Source: Capsulimonadaceae bacterium (GTDB lineage Bacteria; Armatimonadota; Armatimonadia; Armatimonadales; Capsulimonadaceae). Taken from it: 64,000 bases of DNA. The stretch's first letter is position 1. Each line of letters begins with the position of its first letter. Below are positions 38,248-47,532 of the stretch, in pieces. Where the stretch lies: the NCBI GenBank assembly GCA_965215505.1, contig OZ244065.1, positions 1,248,001 through 1,312,000 on the forward strand, in the 5' to 3' direction. A program made the position numbers and the translations under genes. The notes under the pieces are model-generated. The model was not told the DNA's origin. It saw only the letters and a program-made list of their open reading frames with translations, and made no database searches.

Positions 38248-39002
38248 GGGGCGGCCCCCTCTTGCGGCTCGCGCTCCGTCAGGCTCAGGAACATTTCTTC
38301 GAGCGTCGCGCCCGCCGTCACCCGCGCGTGCAGGTCGTCCATCGTGCCCTGTTCCACCACCGCGCCCCGGTCCATGATGATCACGCGGTCGCAGAGCCGC
38401 TCGGCGGTGTCAAGCATGTGAGTCGAAACCAGCACGGCGGCACCCGACGCGCGCGCCTCGCGCAGCATCTCCTTCAGCTCACGGGCACCTTTGGGGTCGA
38501 GGCCGATCAATGGCTCGTCGAAGCAGAAGACGCGCGCCCGGTGGATGAAGGCGCAGGCACAGGCGAGCTTCTGCTTCATGCCTTTGGAGAGGTTCGCCCC
38601 CAGCTCGCCGCGCTTCTCCCAAAGGTCCAGCCGCTTCAGGACGGCTTCGGCCTGCCCCATCTCCTCCTCGGCGTCGTAGGCGGCGGCGATGAAGCGCAGG
38701 TGTTCCCACACTGTCAGCATCTCGTAAGGGTTGGGGATCTCGGGGACATATGCCAGTGCCCGCTTGGCGTCCTGGGCGTGTGTTCCGAGGTCGAAGCCGC
38801 CGATACAGACTCGACCCGATGTGGGCCGCAGGAGGGAAGCGATGCAGCGGATCGTTGTCGTTTTGCCGGCCCCGTTCGGCCCCAGCAGGCCGACGATCTC
38901 GCCGCCGGAGACGGAGAACGTCAGGTCGCGGACGGCCTCGAAGCGGCCGAATCGCTTGGTCAGACCGGTGATCTCTAGTAGAGGCGTCTGGGAGGTGATC
39001 AT
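38244..39002 (-). CDS. ABC-2 type transporter ATP-binding protein
   Basis: GPNGAGKTT, LSKGMKQK, FDEPLIGLD, STH. Confidence 0.93.
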   Translation of the reverse strand: MITSQTPLLEITGLTKRFGRFEAVRDLTFSVSGGEIVGLLGPNGAGKTTTIRCIASLLRPTSGRVCIGGFDLGTHAQDAKRALAYVPEIPNPYEMLTVWEHLRFIAAAYDAEEEMGQAEAVLKRLDLWEKRGELGANLSKGMKQKLACACAFIHRARVFCFDEPLIGLDPKGARELKEMLREARASGAAVLVSTHMLDTAERLCDRVIIMDRGAVVEQGTMDDLHARVTAGATLEEMFLSLTEREPQEGAAP

Positions 39003-39049
39003 GTTGACCTAACGCGGCCCGAAGCCGGAACGGTTCGCGGGTGCGGTGT

Positions 39050-40174
39050 CTACCGGTTGTCGGAGAGTTTGGCGGGCTTGTGGCGGCTCGCCAGGAGCAG
39101 CACAGTCCGCGCCTTGCGGGCGGCCAAAGCGGTCTGGCACTCGCGCTCGTAGGGCGAGAGGCTGGCAGGATTCGAGGTCTGCATCGCCTCGGCGCGCGCC
39201 TCCAAAACCGCCCCGCGCTGACGCCAGTTGCCGAAGCGGGACGCCTGGCAGCGTTTCAGCAGGGCGCGGCGGAACGCGCCCTCGGGCCAGAGGGCGGGGT
39301 CATCGGCGGTCGCAGCCGCGCGGGCGGCGCGGGCGGCGTCGCCGATGTATTCGCGGGCGTGGCGGGGGTTGTTGGTCCAGAGCGCGAAGACGAGCGCCTG
39401 GGCGTAGGGATCGCCCCCCGTCAGCTCCGACACTGTGGCATCGCGTCCGGGCTTGTGGAAGGGGACGCCGGGGAGGGAGCGCGTCAGCACGTCATCCACG
39501 ACGCGCTGGGCGTATTCGCGCTGGAACTGCTGGACGGGCCGCTGACGCCCGGCACGGGCGAAGACGGTGGCCCAATAGGTCACGACCCTGGGGTCATAGT
39601 TGCCGACCAGCGCGGAGCCTCGGAAGGCCAGCCGCATGTCGCCCGGCGTCCCGAGCGGCTTGCCGTAGACGACCAGCCCACGCGCGTCCACGTCCAGCCC
39701 CTGCCTGACGAAGACCTTGTCCCAGACGCGCCCCTGGCCCGTTCCGATCAGCCGCCGCTTGATGTAGACCAGGGCGGGCGGCAGGCTGTCGGTGGCGGCC
39801 GTCCACTGCATGACGCCCCAGGACAGCACGCCCTTGTCGTACATATTGACCGAGTCGAAGCCGCCTTCGAGCGACTGCGTGACGTCCAGGATGAAGATGT
39901 TGCGCGTCGTGACGTCCTCGGGCCGAATCCAGCGCGTGGAGCGCACCTCGACGCCGTTCTCCAGGTTCATCCGGCGCAGGAAGTTGAACCGGGCCGGGTC
40001 CCGCGTCATGTCCGGCAGGACGTAAGGCTTCACGACCACGGGCGCGAGGTCCAGCACCACCTGTTCCGGCACCTTCGGCGCGTGGTGATGGTGCCGGTGG
40101 TGGGACGCCATCGCGCCGTGCCCCGCCGCCAGCAAAGAGAAAGAGAGTGCCGTCGTTTTCCAGAACCGCTTCAT
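39050..40174 (-). CDS. Secreted protein with lysozyme-like catalytic motif
   Basis: Signal peptide, His-rich linker, LEGGFDSVNMYDKGVLSWGVMQWT. Confidence 0.55.
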   Translation of the reverse strand: MKRFWKTTALSFSLLAAGHGAMASHHRHHHHAPKVPEQVVLDLAPVVVKPYVLPDMTRDPARFNFLRRMNLENGVEVRSTRWIRPEDVTTRNIFILDVTQSLEGGFDSVNMYDKGVLSWGVMQWTAATDSLPPALVYIKRRLIGTGQGRVWDKVFVRQGLDVDARGLVVYGKPLGTPGDMRLAFRGSALVGNYDPRVVTYWATVFARAGRQRPVQQFQREYAQRVVDDVLTRSLPGVPFHKPGRDATVSELTGGDPYAQALVFALWTNNPRHAREYIGDAARAARAAATADDPALWPEGAFRRALLKRCQASRFGNWRQRGAVLEARAEAMQTSNPASLSPYERECQTALAARKARTVLLLASRHKPAKLSDNR

Positions 40175-40280
40175 CGTGATCCTATCCGCCGTCGCTATGG
40201 TGCCTGTCAGTCATGCCAGTAGGTTATACCAGAGCCAGCCCGCTCCTTGTTGCACGGCAGCGGGTTTTTTGCCGGCATCC

Positions 40281-40754
40281 TCAGCCGGCGCGCTTCTTGC
40301 CCAATGCCTCGCGCGCCGCCTCCGCCGTGTCCGGGTCGTCGTCGGCTCGCAGACGCTCCAGCGTCTCCCGCGCCCGCACGTCGCCCAGCGCCCCCAAGGC
40401 CCAGGCGACCGCGCCGCGCACGGCGGCGGCCTCGTCCGAAGCCCGCGCCATCAGTGCCGGGACGGCCTCCCGGTCCCCGATCTGCCCCAGGGCGACGGCG
40501 GCCGCTCCGCGCTCGTTGGCCGTGCCGCCCGTAAGCAGCGCGAGCAGCGCCGCCGCAGCCTCGGCCGCCCGCAGCTCACCCAGCGACAACACCGCGCTCA
40601 CCCGGACGATGCCCGACGGGTCGGCGAGCGCCACCGAGAGCGCCTTGACGGCCCGCGCGCCGCCGATCTCGCCCAGCATCTCGGCGGCGTCGGCCCGGAT
40701 GTTCTCGTCCGCGTCCTGCTCCAGCAGGGTGATCAGTTCCTCAAGTTCGTTCAT
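40281..40754 (-). CDS. HEAT (PBS-lyase-like) repeat protein
   Basis: Start at MNELEEL. Repeats R..AA..LG.IG...AV..L. Confidence 0.85.
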   Translation of the reverse strand: MNELEELITLLEQDADENIRADAAEMLGEIGGARAVKALSVALADPSGIVRVSAVLSLGELRAAEAAAALLALLTGGTANERGAAAVALGQIGDREAVPALMARASDEAAAVRGAVAWALGALGDVRARETLERLRADDDPDTAEAAREALGKKRAG

Positions 40755-40770
40755 GTGGCCTTCGATTCTG

Positions 40771-40800
40771 TTGACAATCTCTTGTGGACTAGCGTATAAT
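40771..40800 (+). promoter_or_regulatory. Consensus sigma70 promoter (HTH-LAGLIDADG + tRNA unit)
   Basis: TTGACA-18 bp-TATAAT. Confidence 0.85.
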
Positions 40801-40821
40801 AACCGAGAGGATACCCCACCG

Positions 40822-41502
40822 ATGAAGCTGATGGAACAGCAGGAAGCGCGCCGGATGCGCCGCGACGAGGGTTTGTCCCTGAACGAGATCGCCGCCCGTC
40901 TGCAAGTATCGAAAAGCTCGGTCAGTCTTTGGGCGCGAGACATCGTGCTGACTGAACCGCAGATCGCGCAGTTGATGGCGCAGAACCCACTATACAACGG
41001 ACAAATGCGTTCGAGCCAACTGAGCAAAATACGCTCGCGAGCTATCCGGTTGGGCTACCAAGAGACAGGACGCCAACGGGCGCGGCAGGGCGACCCGCTC
41101 CACATGGCGGGCTGCATGCTCTATTGGGCGGAGGGAAGCAAGGGGCGCTGTGATGTGGCCTTCACCAATTCCGACCCGGAGATGGTCGCGTTTTTCGTCC
41201 ACTTCTTGCAGCGGTGCTACAGCGTTCAGAAGCACGAGATCGCGGTCTACGTCAACTGCTTCGACGACCAAGCAGCCGTTGATGTGATCGAGGACTTCTG
41301 GCTGGAAAGACTGGGATTGCCGCGAGCGCAGATCAGGAAGACTACGCTCAACTACTTCTCATCGTACTCGCAGAAGAAGCGCGTCGGCCGCCTGAAGTTT
41401 GGGACCTGTCGGGTGGTAGTCCATCGGACCGAGATTGTTCAAAACATCTATGGAGCCATCCGAGAATACGCGGGGTTCCAGTGTGAGAAGTGGCTGGATT
41501 AA
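40822..41502 (+). CDS. HTH + single LAGLIDADG-like domain protein
   Basis: RBS GAGAGG. HTH GLSLNEIAARLQVSKSSVSLW, then AGCMLYWAEGSK...FTNSDPEMV.FFV.FL...FW...LG...GTC. Confidence 0.75.
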   Translation: MKLMEQQEARRMRRDEGLSLNEIAARLQVSKSSVSLWARDIVLTEPQIAQLMAQNPLYNGQMRSSQLSKIRSRAIRLGYQETGRQRARQGDPLHMAGCMLYWAEGSKGRCDVAFTNSDPEMVAFFVHFLQRCYSVQKHEIAVYVNCFDDQAAVDVIEDFWLERLGLPRAQIRKTTLNYFSSYSQKKRVGRLKFGTCRVVVHRTEIVQNIYGAIREYAGFQCEKWLD

Positions 41503-41520
41503 CCCACGAAGAGAGAAAAT

Positions 41521-41592
41521 GCGGGTGTAGCTCAGTGGTAGAGCACCGACCTTCCAAGTCGGCTGTCGCGAGTTCAAGCCTCGTCGCCCGCT
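41521..41592 (+). tRNA. tRNA-Gly (TCC)
   Basis: Cloverleaf with acceptor GCGGGTG/CGCCCGC, anticodon arm CCGAC-CTTCCAA-GTCGG and T-loop TTCAAGC. No encoded CCA. Confidence 0.93.
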
Positions 41593-41620
41593 TCCTCTTC
41601 TTCAGTCACGCCCGTTAAAG

Positions 41621-41694
41621 CGCCTGGTGGCTCAGTTGGATAGAGCAAGAATCTTCTAAATTCTAGGTCGGGGGTTCGAGTCCCCCCCAGGCGA
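41621..41694 (+). tRNA. tRNA-Arg (TCT)
   Basis: Acceptor CGCCTGG/CCAGGCG, anticodon arm AGAAT-CTTCTAA-ATTCT and T-arm GGGGG-TTCGAGT-CCCCC. No encoded CCA. Confidence 0.93.
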
Positions 41695-41741
41695 TATTTC
41701 CCGACCGAACCGCATTCCACGCGCGAACAGCATCCCAAAAC

Positions 41742-41777
41742 AGAAAGGGACGCCTCACCAGGAGGCGTCCCTTTCTT
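41742..41777. terminator. Bidirectional intrinsic terminator
   Basis: agaaagggacgcctc/gaggcgtccctttct between convergent units. Confidence 0.85.
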
Positions 41778-41791
41778 GCGTCTAGCTCATC

Positions 41792-43306
41792 TCACGCCTT
41801 GGGGGCTTTGGTGACGGTGATGCGGTCTATCTCTTTGCCCGCCTCGTCCACCTGCGTCATGGTCAGGGTCGGGCCGTTCAGGTCGAAGACGGTCAGGGAG
41901 TGGGCGGAGGAGTGGAAGCGGGCGTTGTAGGCGGCATTGCCGTCCTCGGGGTGGAGCCACTTGGCCGGGTCTTCGTCCTGATCGGGGTCGTAAAGCTCCT
42001 TGCCGCCCGCACCTGTGGTGATGTAGAGGATGCCGTCGGGGCGTGTCGCCTGCTTGCCCTCGAAAACCCTGTCTACGGTGAAGACGCCGGGGATGAGCCG
42101 GTGGGCACCGTGGTCCGGGGTGGCGTTGCTCTCGTCGGCCGGCTTGAAGCGCAGGGGCATGGTGCGCTGGTAGACGTGTTCGTGGCCATGCAGGCAGAAG
42201 TCAACGCCGAGCCGCTCGAAGAGCGGGGACAGGACGCGCATGTGCTGCTCGGCGTAGTGCTTGTCGCCGACATTAAAGGCCGGGTGGTGGTAGACGACGA
42301 ACTTCCACACGGCGTCGGTGTGGGTCAGGTCGTCCGTGATGAACCGGCGCAGGGTGGGCAATGTCGGGTCAACGTAGTCGTTCGAGTCGAGGCACAGGAA
42401 GTGGGCGTCGCCGTAGTCGAACGAGTAGTTCGCCATGTCCGGGAAGCGGCTGCCAGCCGCCGACTTGAACTCGGCGAGCAGCGGCGCGGCCCCGAGCAGC
42501 GGGGTCGGGCTGGGCGCGGCGGGTCCGTTACGGGGCAGGTGCAGGGCCGTGTAGTAGGCGAGCGAGTCGCGCGCCTCATCGAAGTCGGCGGCGGGGAGGT
42601 GGCCCGTTCCTTTGTGGGGGACGTCGTGGTTCGCGATCACGGAATAGAACGGGACGGACCGCAGGAGGGGTGCGCCGACGGCGGGGTCGAGCTTGTCGGC
42701 ATTGTAGACGGGGAAGAAGAACTGCTCGTACTCGCTGGCCCGGCCTTTCTCGTAGACATTGTCGCCCGTGTTCATGATGAAGTCGGGCCGCGCCTGATAG
42801 GCGTAGTAAGCGACGGCCTTCTCGCCGGGGTCGCCATAGGCGTTGTCGCCGAACGCGACGAACCGGGTACGCTCCCCGCGCTTCTTGCGGGTCGTGAAAA
42901 AGCCCTCGGCGACCGTCCGCCCCCCGCCGCGCAGGCGGTAGAAGCACTGGCGGCTCAGGGGCAGCCCGGCCAGGGTGACGGCGTACCCGAAGCGGTTTGT
43001 GCCGTCTTCATAGGCGCGCTCGGTCCGGGCCGGGGCGGCCGTCTTGCCGTACTTCTTGGTCGGACCATAGTCCAGGACGAAGTCGGCGGGCGTGCCCTCC
43101 GTCTGCCAGGCGATGATGACCGATTCCTGGTCTTCGATGAGTCGCGAGGACGGGCCGGGCTGGACGTAGGGCAGGGCCGTGAAGCGGGGCAGCCCGGCCC
43201 CCGCGACGCCGGGCGCGGCGAACAGGCCGCCCCCGACGGGCACGAGGAGCAGGAACGTCACACCCCCGGCGGAGTGCAGGAACTGGCGTCGCGTGAGTTC
43301 TGTCAT
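41792..43306 (-). CDS. Tat-exported purple acid phosphatase-like metallophosphoesterase
   Basis: LTRRQFL, N-terminal FN3-like region, FGD, TGDNVY, ANHD, YHHP, HGHEHVYQR. Confidence 0.9.
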   Translation of the reverse strand: MTELTRRQFLHSAGGVTFLLLVPVGGGLFAAPGVAGAGLPRFTALPYVQPGPSSRLIEDQESVIIAWQTEGTPADFVLDYGPTKKYGKTAAPARTERAYEDGTNRFGYAVTLAGLPLSRQCFYRLRGGGRTVAEGFFTTRKKRGERTRFVAFGDNAYGDPGEKAVAYYAYQARPDFIMNTGDNVYEKGRASEYEQFFFPVYNADKLDPAVGAPLLRSVPFYSVIANHDVPHKGTGHLPAADFDEARDSLAYYTALHLPRNGPAAPSPTPLLGAAPLLAEFKSAAGSRFPDMANYSFDYGDAHFLCLDSNDYVDPTLPTLRRFITDDLTHTDAVWKFVVYHHPAFNVGDKHYAEQHMRVLSPLFERLGVDFCLHGHEHVYQRTMPLRFKPADESNATPDHGAHRLIPGVFTVDRVFEGKQATRPDGILYITTGAGGKELYDPDQDEDPAKWLHPEDGNAAYNARFHSSAHSLTVFDLNGPTLTMTQVDEAGKEIDRITVTKAPKA

Positions 43307-43311
43307 GGGTG

Positions 43312-44295
43312 TTAGGGAGCCTTGTACTGCTGGAGGTAACTGCCGGTGGCGTCGGTGTAGGAGATCCAGACGGCGTGGGTGGCGGGGTCCACGGCCAGCG
43401 TGTGCGACTTGGGATGGGTCGAGACGGTGCCGAGCAGGGTCAGGCCCGTGTCCGTTTCGCCCACCACGGAGATGCCCCCGGCGTCGCCGCAGGCGCAGTA
43501 GAGGCGCTTCCTGTCCGGGTCGAAGGCGATCTGGTCCACATAGCCGGGGGCGATGGCGACCGACCCCAGCACCTTGCCGGTCTTCCGGTCCAGCATGACG
43601 ACCATGCCCTGGCCGGCCGCGAACACGCGGCCCATCTTGGCGTCAATCGCCAGGCCGTGCGGCGAGGTCATCGGCGCGGTCGGCCAGCTCGCCTCGACGG
43701 CCCCGGTGGCGGGGACGATGACCTGGGTGACGTTGGCGGGCTTGATGTTCTGATACAGCCGGTCCGTACCCGCATCGTAAGCGACATACTCGGGTGCCCC
43801 GGCGATGGCGACCGAGCCTGTAAGGGCGTTGGTCTTGGCGTTGACGACCCAATCCTCGGCCCCGTCGTCGTGGCAGACATAAAGGGTGTCGGTCTTGGGG
43901 TCTAGAACGATGTCATCGCCCGGCCCGGACAGGGCGACCTCGCCGGTCTTTTCTAATGTGGCATTGTCGAAGACGACCAGCTTCTGGCCGCTGCCCGCCG
44001 TGAACAGCTTGTTGTCGGCCTCGTCCACGGCGATGCCGTTGACGGCGACACCGGTCGGCACCTGGGTCAGCGCGTTCTTCTGAAGGTCCAGCACGGCCAG
44101 CGTCTTGGTGCCAGGGTGCGAGGCCAGCAGACGGTGCCGGGGCGCATCCACCAGCATCCAGTCCCAGCCTCCCGGCCCGCCGGGGACCGCGACGGCGGCC
44201 TGCGGGGTCAGCAGGGGCTTGTCGGCAGCCAGCGCGGGCAGCGCGGCGAGGGTGGGCAGAAGGGCCGCGCTGACCGCTAATCGTTGAAACTTCAT
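43312..44295 (-). CDS. YncE-family secreted beta-propeller
   Basis: Signal peptide, GGWDWM.VD, PHGLAID, VDQIAFDP, SHTLAVDP. Confidence 0.85.
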   Translation of the reverse strand: MKFQRLAVSAALLPTLAALPALAADKPLLTPQAAVAVPGGPGGWDWMLVDAPRHRLLASHPGTKTLAVLDLQKNALTQVPTGVAVNGIAVDEADNKLFTAGSGQKLVVFDNATLEKTGEVALSGPGDDIVLDPKTDTLYVCHDDGAEDWVVNAKTNALTGSVAIAGAPEYVAYDAGTDRLYQNIKPANVTQVIVPATGAVEASWPTAPMTSPHGLAIDAKMGRVFAAGQGMVVMLDRKTGKVLGSVAIAPGYVDQIAFDPDRKRLYCACGDAGGISVVGETDTGLTLLGTVSTHPKSHTLAVDPATHAVWISYTDATGSYLQQYKAP

Positions 44296-44333
44296 CGTTG
44301 TTCCTTCATGGTCGGAGTATCATCGGGGGACTA

Positions 44334-44492
44334 TTAGCCAGCGTTTCCCTGCGCCTGATCGCGCCTCTGCCGGTTTGATAGTCCGTCTGGGGACTGCATC
44401 GCCTTCTGGCTTTTCCCGCATCCCGCCAGGATCGGCAGCAGGACGCTGGAGACGAGTGCCAGAGCAATGACACGGAGGAAGCCAGGTTTCAT
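44334..44492 (-). CDS. Small lipoprotein (52 aa)
   Basis: MKPGFLR...LLPILAGC lipobox. Confidence 0.65.
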   Translation of the reverse strand: MKPGFLRVIALALVSSVLLPILAGCGKSQKAMQSPDGLSNRQRRDQAQGNAG

Positions 44493-44567
44493 GTGTTCGG
44501 TTCCTGAAGACACAGGTGACAGAGGCCGACCCCAGCCCATGCGGGGCCGGACCGAGGCGCTGCTGGA

Positions 44568-45458
44568 CTACGGCAAGGGGGCCGAGTTGGTGTAAAGGTC
44601 AGCCGCGACCTGCGCGCAGGGCTTGGTCGGATCAGGAATCGGATAGCCGCCCGCCCCGCCTTTGACATTGGTGTAGTCACCGACGAAGTTCGGGTCGAAG
44701 CACCACTTGGGGGCATTTGCCGGGTCCACGGGGAGAACCATCACGCTGCCTTTCACCGTAGCCATTCGCATCCTGATCGGCTTCACATGGCCGTCCACGA
44801 AGCCCATGTTTTCCAGGCCGTCGTGCCGCAGTGCTGCCGTACTCTTGAAGCGACCGCTCGCATTGTCCAGTGCGACCGAGAGGTTGTCCCATGTGTCGCC
44901 GAACGCGACCAGCTCGGCGGGACTGGCGATCTGCGCGATGCTGCGGCCGGGCCGGAGGGTCTTACCGTTGGCGTCCTGCGTCTGTGGACCGATCAGTCCG
45001 TATCCGCCGTCGCTGATCAGGCCGTCGTTATACCCGTAGCCGATGCACTGGCCAGTCGCATTGAAGTTGTCGAAACAGCCGCCCACGTCGAGGCCCCCCG
45101 CCGCCTTGCCGGAGCCGTTCCCCTGGGTCGCCATCGCGTCATTGCGGTCGGGACACAGGAACACATTGACACTCTTCATGTAAGGCTGGAGGATGACGAA
45201 ATAGTCGGGGGTGTAGCCGGAGCCATCGAGGCCGCCCGGCTGCTTCTGTTTGGAGATCGTCGGCGTCAGCTCGTCGTAGTCCTGGTTGTATTGGGTGTAG
45301 GCCAGGCCGATCTGACGAAGGTTGCTCTCGCAAGTCGCCCGGCGTGCGTTCTCGCGGACCTTCTGGAAGACGGGGAACAGGATGGCGGCGAGAATCGCGA
45401 TGATGGCGATGACCACGAGCAGTTCAATGAGGGTAAATCCCCGGCGGCGCTGTGACAT
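44568..45458 (-). CDS. DUF1559 prepilin-type protein with H-X9-DG motif
   Basis: [36 protein letters not shown]. Confidence 0.92.
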   Translation of the reverse strand: MSQRRRGFTLIELLVVIAIIAILAAILFPVFQKVRENARRATCESNLRQIGLAYTQYNQDYDELTPTISKQKQPGGLDGSGYTPDYFVILQPYMKSVNVFLCPDRNDAMATQGNGSGKAAGGLDVGGCFDNFNATGQCIGYGYNDGLISDGGYGLIGPQTQDANGKTLRPGRSIAQIASPAELVAFGDTWDNLSVALDNASGRFKSTAALRHDGLENMGFVDGHVKPIRMRMATVKGSVMVLPVDPANAPKWCFDPNFVGDYTNVKGGAGGYPIPDPTKPCAQVAADLYTNSAPLP

Positions 45459-45519
45459 TCGGTGTACTTCCTTCCCGGTAAGACTGCCTATAGGATACTC
45501 AGTCGCGGCAGTCAAAAGG

Positions 45520-45557
45520 GTTAAGGCAGTGTTAAGGTTGTGTTAAATTGTTGTTAA
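45520..45557 (-). promoter_or_regulatory. Pho-box-like array: 4 x TTAAC at exact 11-bp spacing
   Basis: GTTAA on the + strand at 45520, 45531, 45542 and 45553. Confidence 0.75.
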
Positions 45558-45737
45558 GGAGACACAACGATGGTAAACGGAAACATCGCGAAAGCTCCAT
45601 AAGACCGCCCGCAGCCGCACCTCGCTGAGGGACACCGGGCGTGACTTTCATATTTCTTTTCCCGCCGCTCCTTTTGGCATACATTATGCACATTAGCAAA
45701 GACAGCAACTTTGACAGGCCAGGATCCAGCACCGACA

Positions 45738-46298
45738 ATGGAAGGCTCGACACCCATCCTCCCCCCGAACGAACACGAACGCCTCGAAGCGCTCCGCCGC
45801 TACGGCGCGTTCGGGCTGCTGCGCGCCGCCGCCTTCGACGACATCGCGCGGCTGGCCGCCTTCATCTGCCGGACGCCGATCTCTCTGATTACCCTGATCG
45901 ACACGAACCGCCAGTGGTTCCTCTCGAAAAGCGGCATCGGGGCCTGCGAAACCTCCCGCGAAGCGTCCTTCTGCGCCCACGCCCTTGTCGGGACGGAGAT
46001 GCTGATCGTCGAGGACGCCCGGACAGACGCCCGGTTCGCGCGCAACGTGATGGTGACGGGGGAGCCATTCATCCGCTTCTATGCGGGTGCCCCGCTGCTG
46101 ACCCCGGACGGCTATGCCCTGGGCACCCTCTGCGTCGTGGACTGCGTCCCGCGCACACTGACCGCAGAGCAGAAGGAGTCGCTCCAGTCGCTCGGCCGCC
46201 TGGTGATGACCCAGCTCGAAGTGACCCGGATGCGGCGCGAGCTGCACACCCTCCGGCAGTCTTTCACCCCACGCCCCGCGCCGCGCGGCGGCCTCTAG
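45738..46298 (+). CDS. Stand-alone GAF domain protein
   Basis: NEHERLEALRRY, FDDIARLAA, RQWF, SFCAHA, IRFYAGAPL, GTLCVVD. Confidence 0.9.
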   Translation: MEGSTPILPPNEHERLEALRRYGAFGLLRAAAFDDIARLAAFICRTPISLITLIDTNRQWFLSKSGIGACETSREASFCAHALVGTEMLIVEDARTDARFARNVMVTGEPFIRFYAGAPLLTPDGYALGTLCVVDCVPRTLTAEQKESLQSLGRLVMTQLEVTRMRRELHTLRQSFTPRPAPRGGL

Positions 46299-46380
46299 CC
46301 TTGTGATATGCGGCCCCGGTCGTGGTATCATTGTATTGGCCGCATTCATGCGGGACAATGCAAAACAAGGTGGAGAGAGA

Positions 46381-47517
46381 TTGACGACAGACAACAGGAC
46401 GGGCGGACCAAGAGGCGGCGGGAAGGGCAGGCCGCCCTCCGTGCTCGTGTACCAGATCGGATCGCTGGGGGACACCCTCGTTTCGATTCCCGCCTACCGC
46501 GCCGTCCGCCGGCACTTCGGCCCGCGCGCCCGGATTCAGGTGCTGCACAACGCCCCTCCAAAGGGCCGCGCCTCTCCGCATCAGGTTTTGGACGGCTCCG
46601 GCCTCGTGGACGGGGCGGTCACGTTCCAGCAGTATGCGGGGCGCAGCGGCTGGAAGACCTGGCTGGAGGTCTGGGGCAAACTGCGCCGCCTCCGCCCCGA
46701 CGCCGTGGCCTACCTCGCCCCCGCCGAAAGGACGGCACGGCAGATCGGGCGCGACCGGCTGTTCTTCCGGCTCTGCGGCGTCCCCACCCTGCTCGGCTTT
46801 GAGGCGTGCGACCTGGAGCGGCTCAACGCGCGCGGCCCGGACGGGCGGCCCCTGGCCGTCCCGCACGAGGCGGTCATGCGTCTGGAGCGTCTGGAAGGTG
46901 CCGTCGCCGGGGACCGGGTGGCGGACATGGGCGGGCCGCTCCTGCGCCTCCCGGCGGAGGAGCAGGACAAGGCACGCGCGTGGCTGGAGGAACGGCAGGC
47001 AGTTGGGACGGTGTTCGCTGCGGTCTGCCCCGGCGCAAACCAGCCGGCGAAGTTCTGGCCGATGGAGAGGTTTGAGGAGATCGGGCGGCGTCTCATCGCG
47101 CAGGGAATCGAGCCTGTGGTGATCGGGGGACCGGTCGAGAGGGCGATGGGCGATCGCCTGCTCGCAGCCTGGGGGGGCGGGATCAACGCGGCGGGCCAGT
47201 TCTCCGTCATGGAGTCGGCGGCCCTGCTGAGTCGGTGCCGTTTCCTGGTCGGGCTTGATACCGGCACCACCCATCTGGCGGCGGCGCTCGGCGTCCCATG
47301 CGTTGCCCTTTACGCGGACCGGGACCCGCCGGGGCAGTGGGAGCCTCTGGGCGAGGGGCACGTCCTGCTGCACCGCCCCGTCCCCTGCGGCGGCTGCCGC
47401 GCCTTCGACTGCCCCGTGCCGGACCACCCCTGCATGACCGGCATCAGCACCGAGCAGGTCTGGGCGGCCATCCAGCAGGTCAACGCGCGCGCCGCGCCGG
47501 CGGGCGTCGCAGGCTGA
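46381..47517 (+). CDS. Glycosyltransferase family 9 (heptosyltransferase-like)
   Basis: GSLGDTL, CPGA...KFWP, DTGTTHLAAALG, C..C...C......CM. TTG start after RBS GGAGAG. Confidence 0.88.
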   Translation: MTTDNRTGGPRGGGKGRPPSVLVYQIGSLGDTLVSIPAYRAVRRHFGPRARIQVLHNAPPKGRASPHQVLDGSGLVDGAVTFQQYAGRSGWKTWLEVWGKLRRLRPDAVAYLAPAERTARQIGRDRLFFRLCGVPTLLGFEACDLERLNARGPDGRPLAVPHEAVMRLERLEGAVAGDRVADMGGPLLRLPAEEQDKARAWLEERQAVGTVFAAVCPGANQPAKFWPMERFEEIGRRLIAQGIEPVVIGGPVERAMGDRLLAAWGGGINAAGQFSVMESAALLSRCRFLVGLDTGTTHLAAALGVPCVALYADRDPPGQWEPLGEGHVLLHRPVPCGGCRAFDCPVPDHPCMTGISTEQVWAAIQQVNARAAPAGVAG

Positions 47518-47532
47518 GACGGCAGGCGGCCG

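Noticed and set aside
41521-41780. Prophage/ICE integration at the tRNAs
   Set aside because: No integrase and no duplicated tRNA 3' end were seen in the window.
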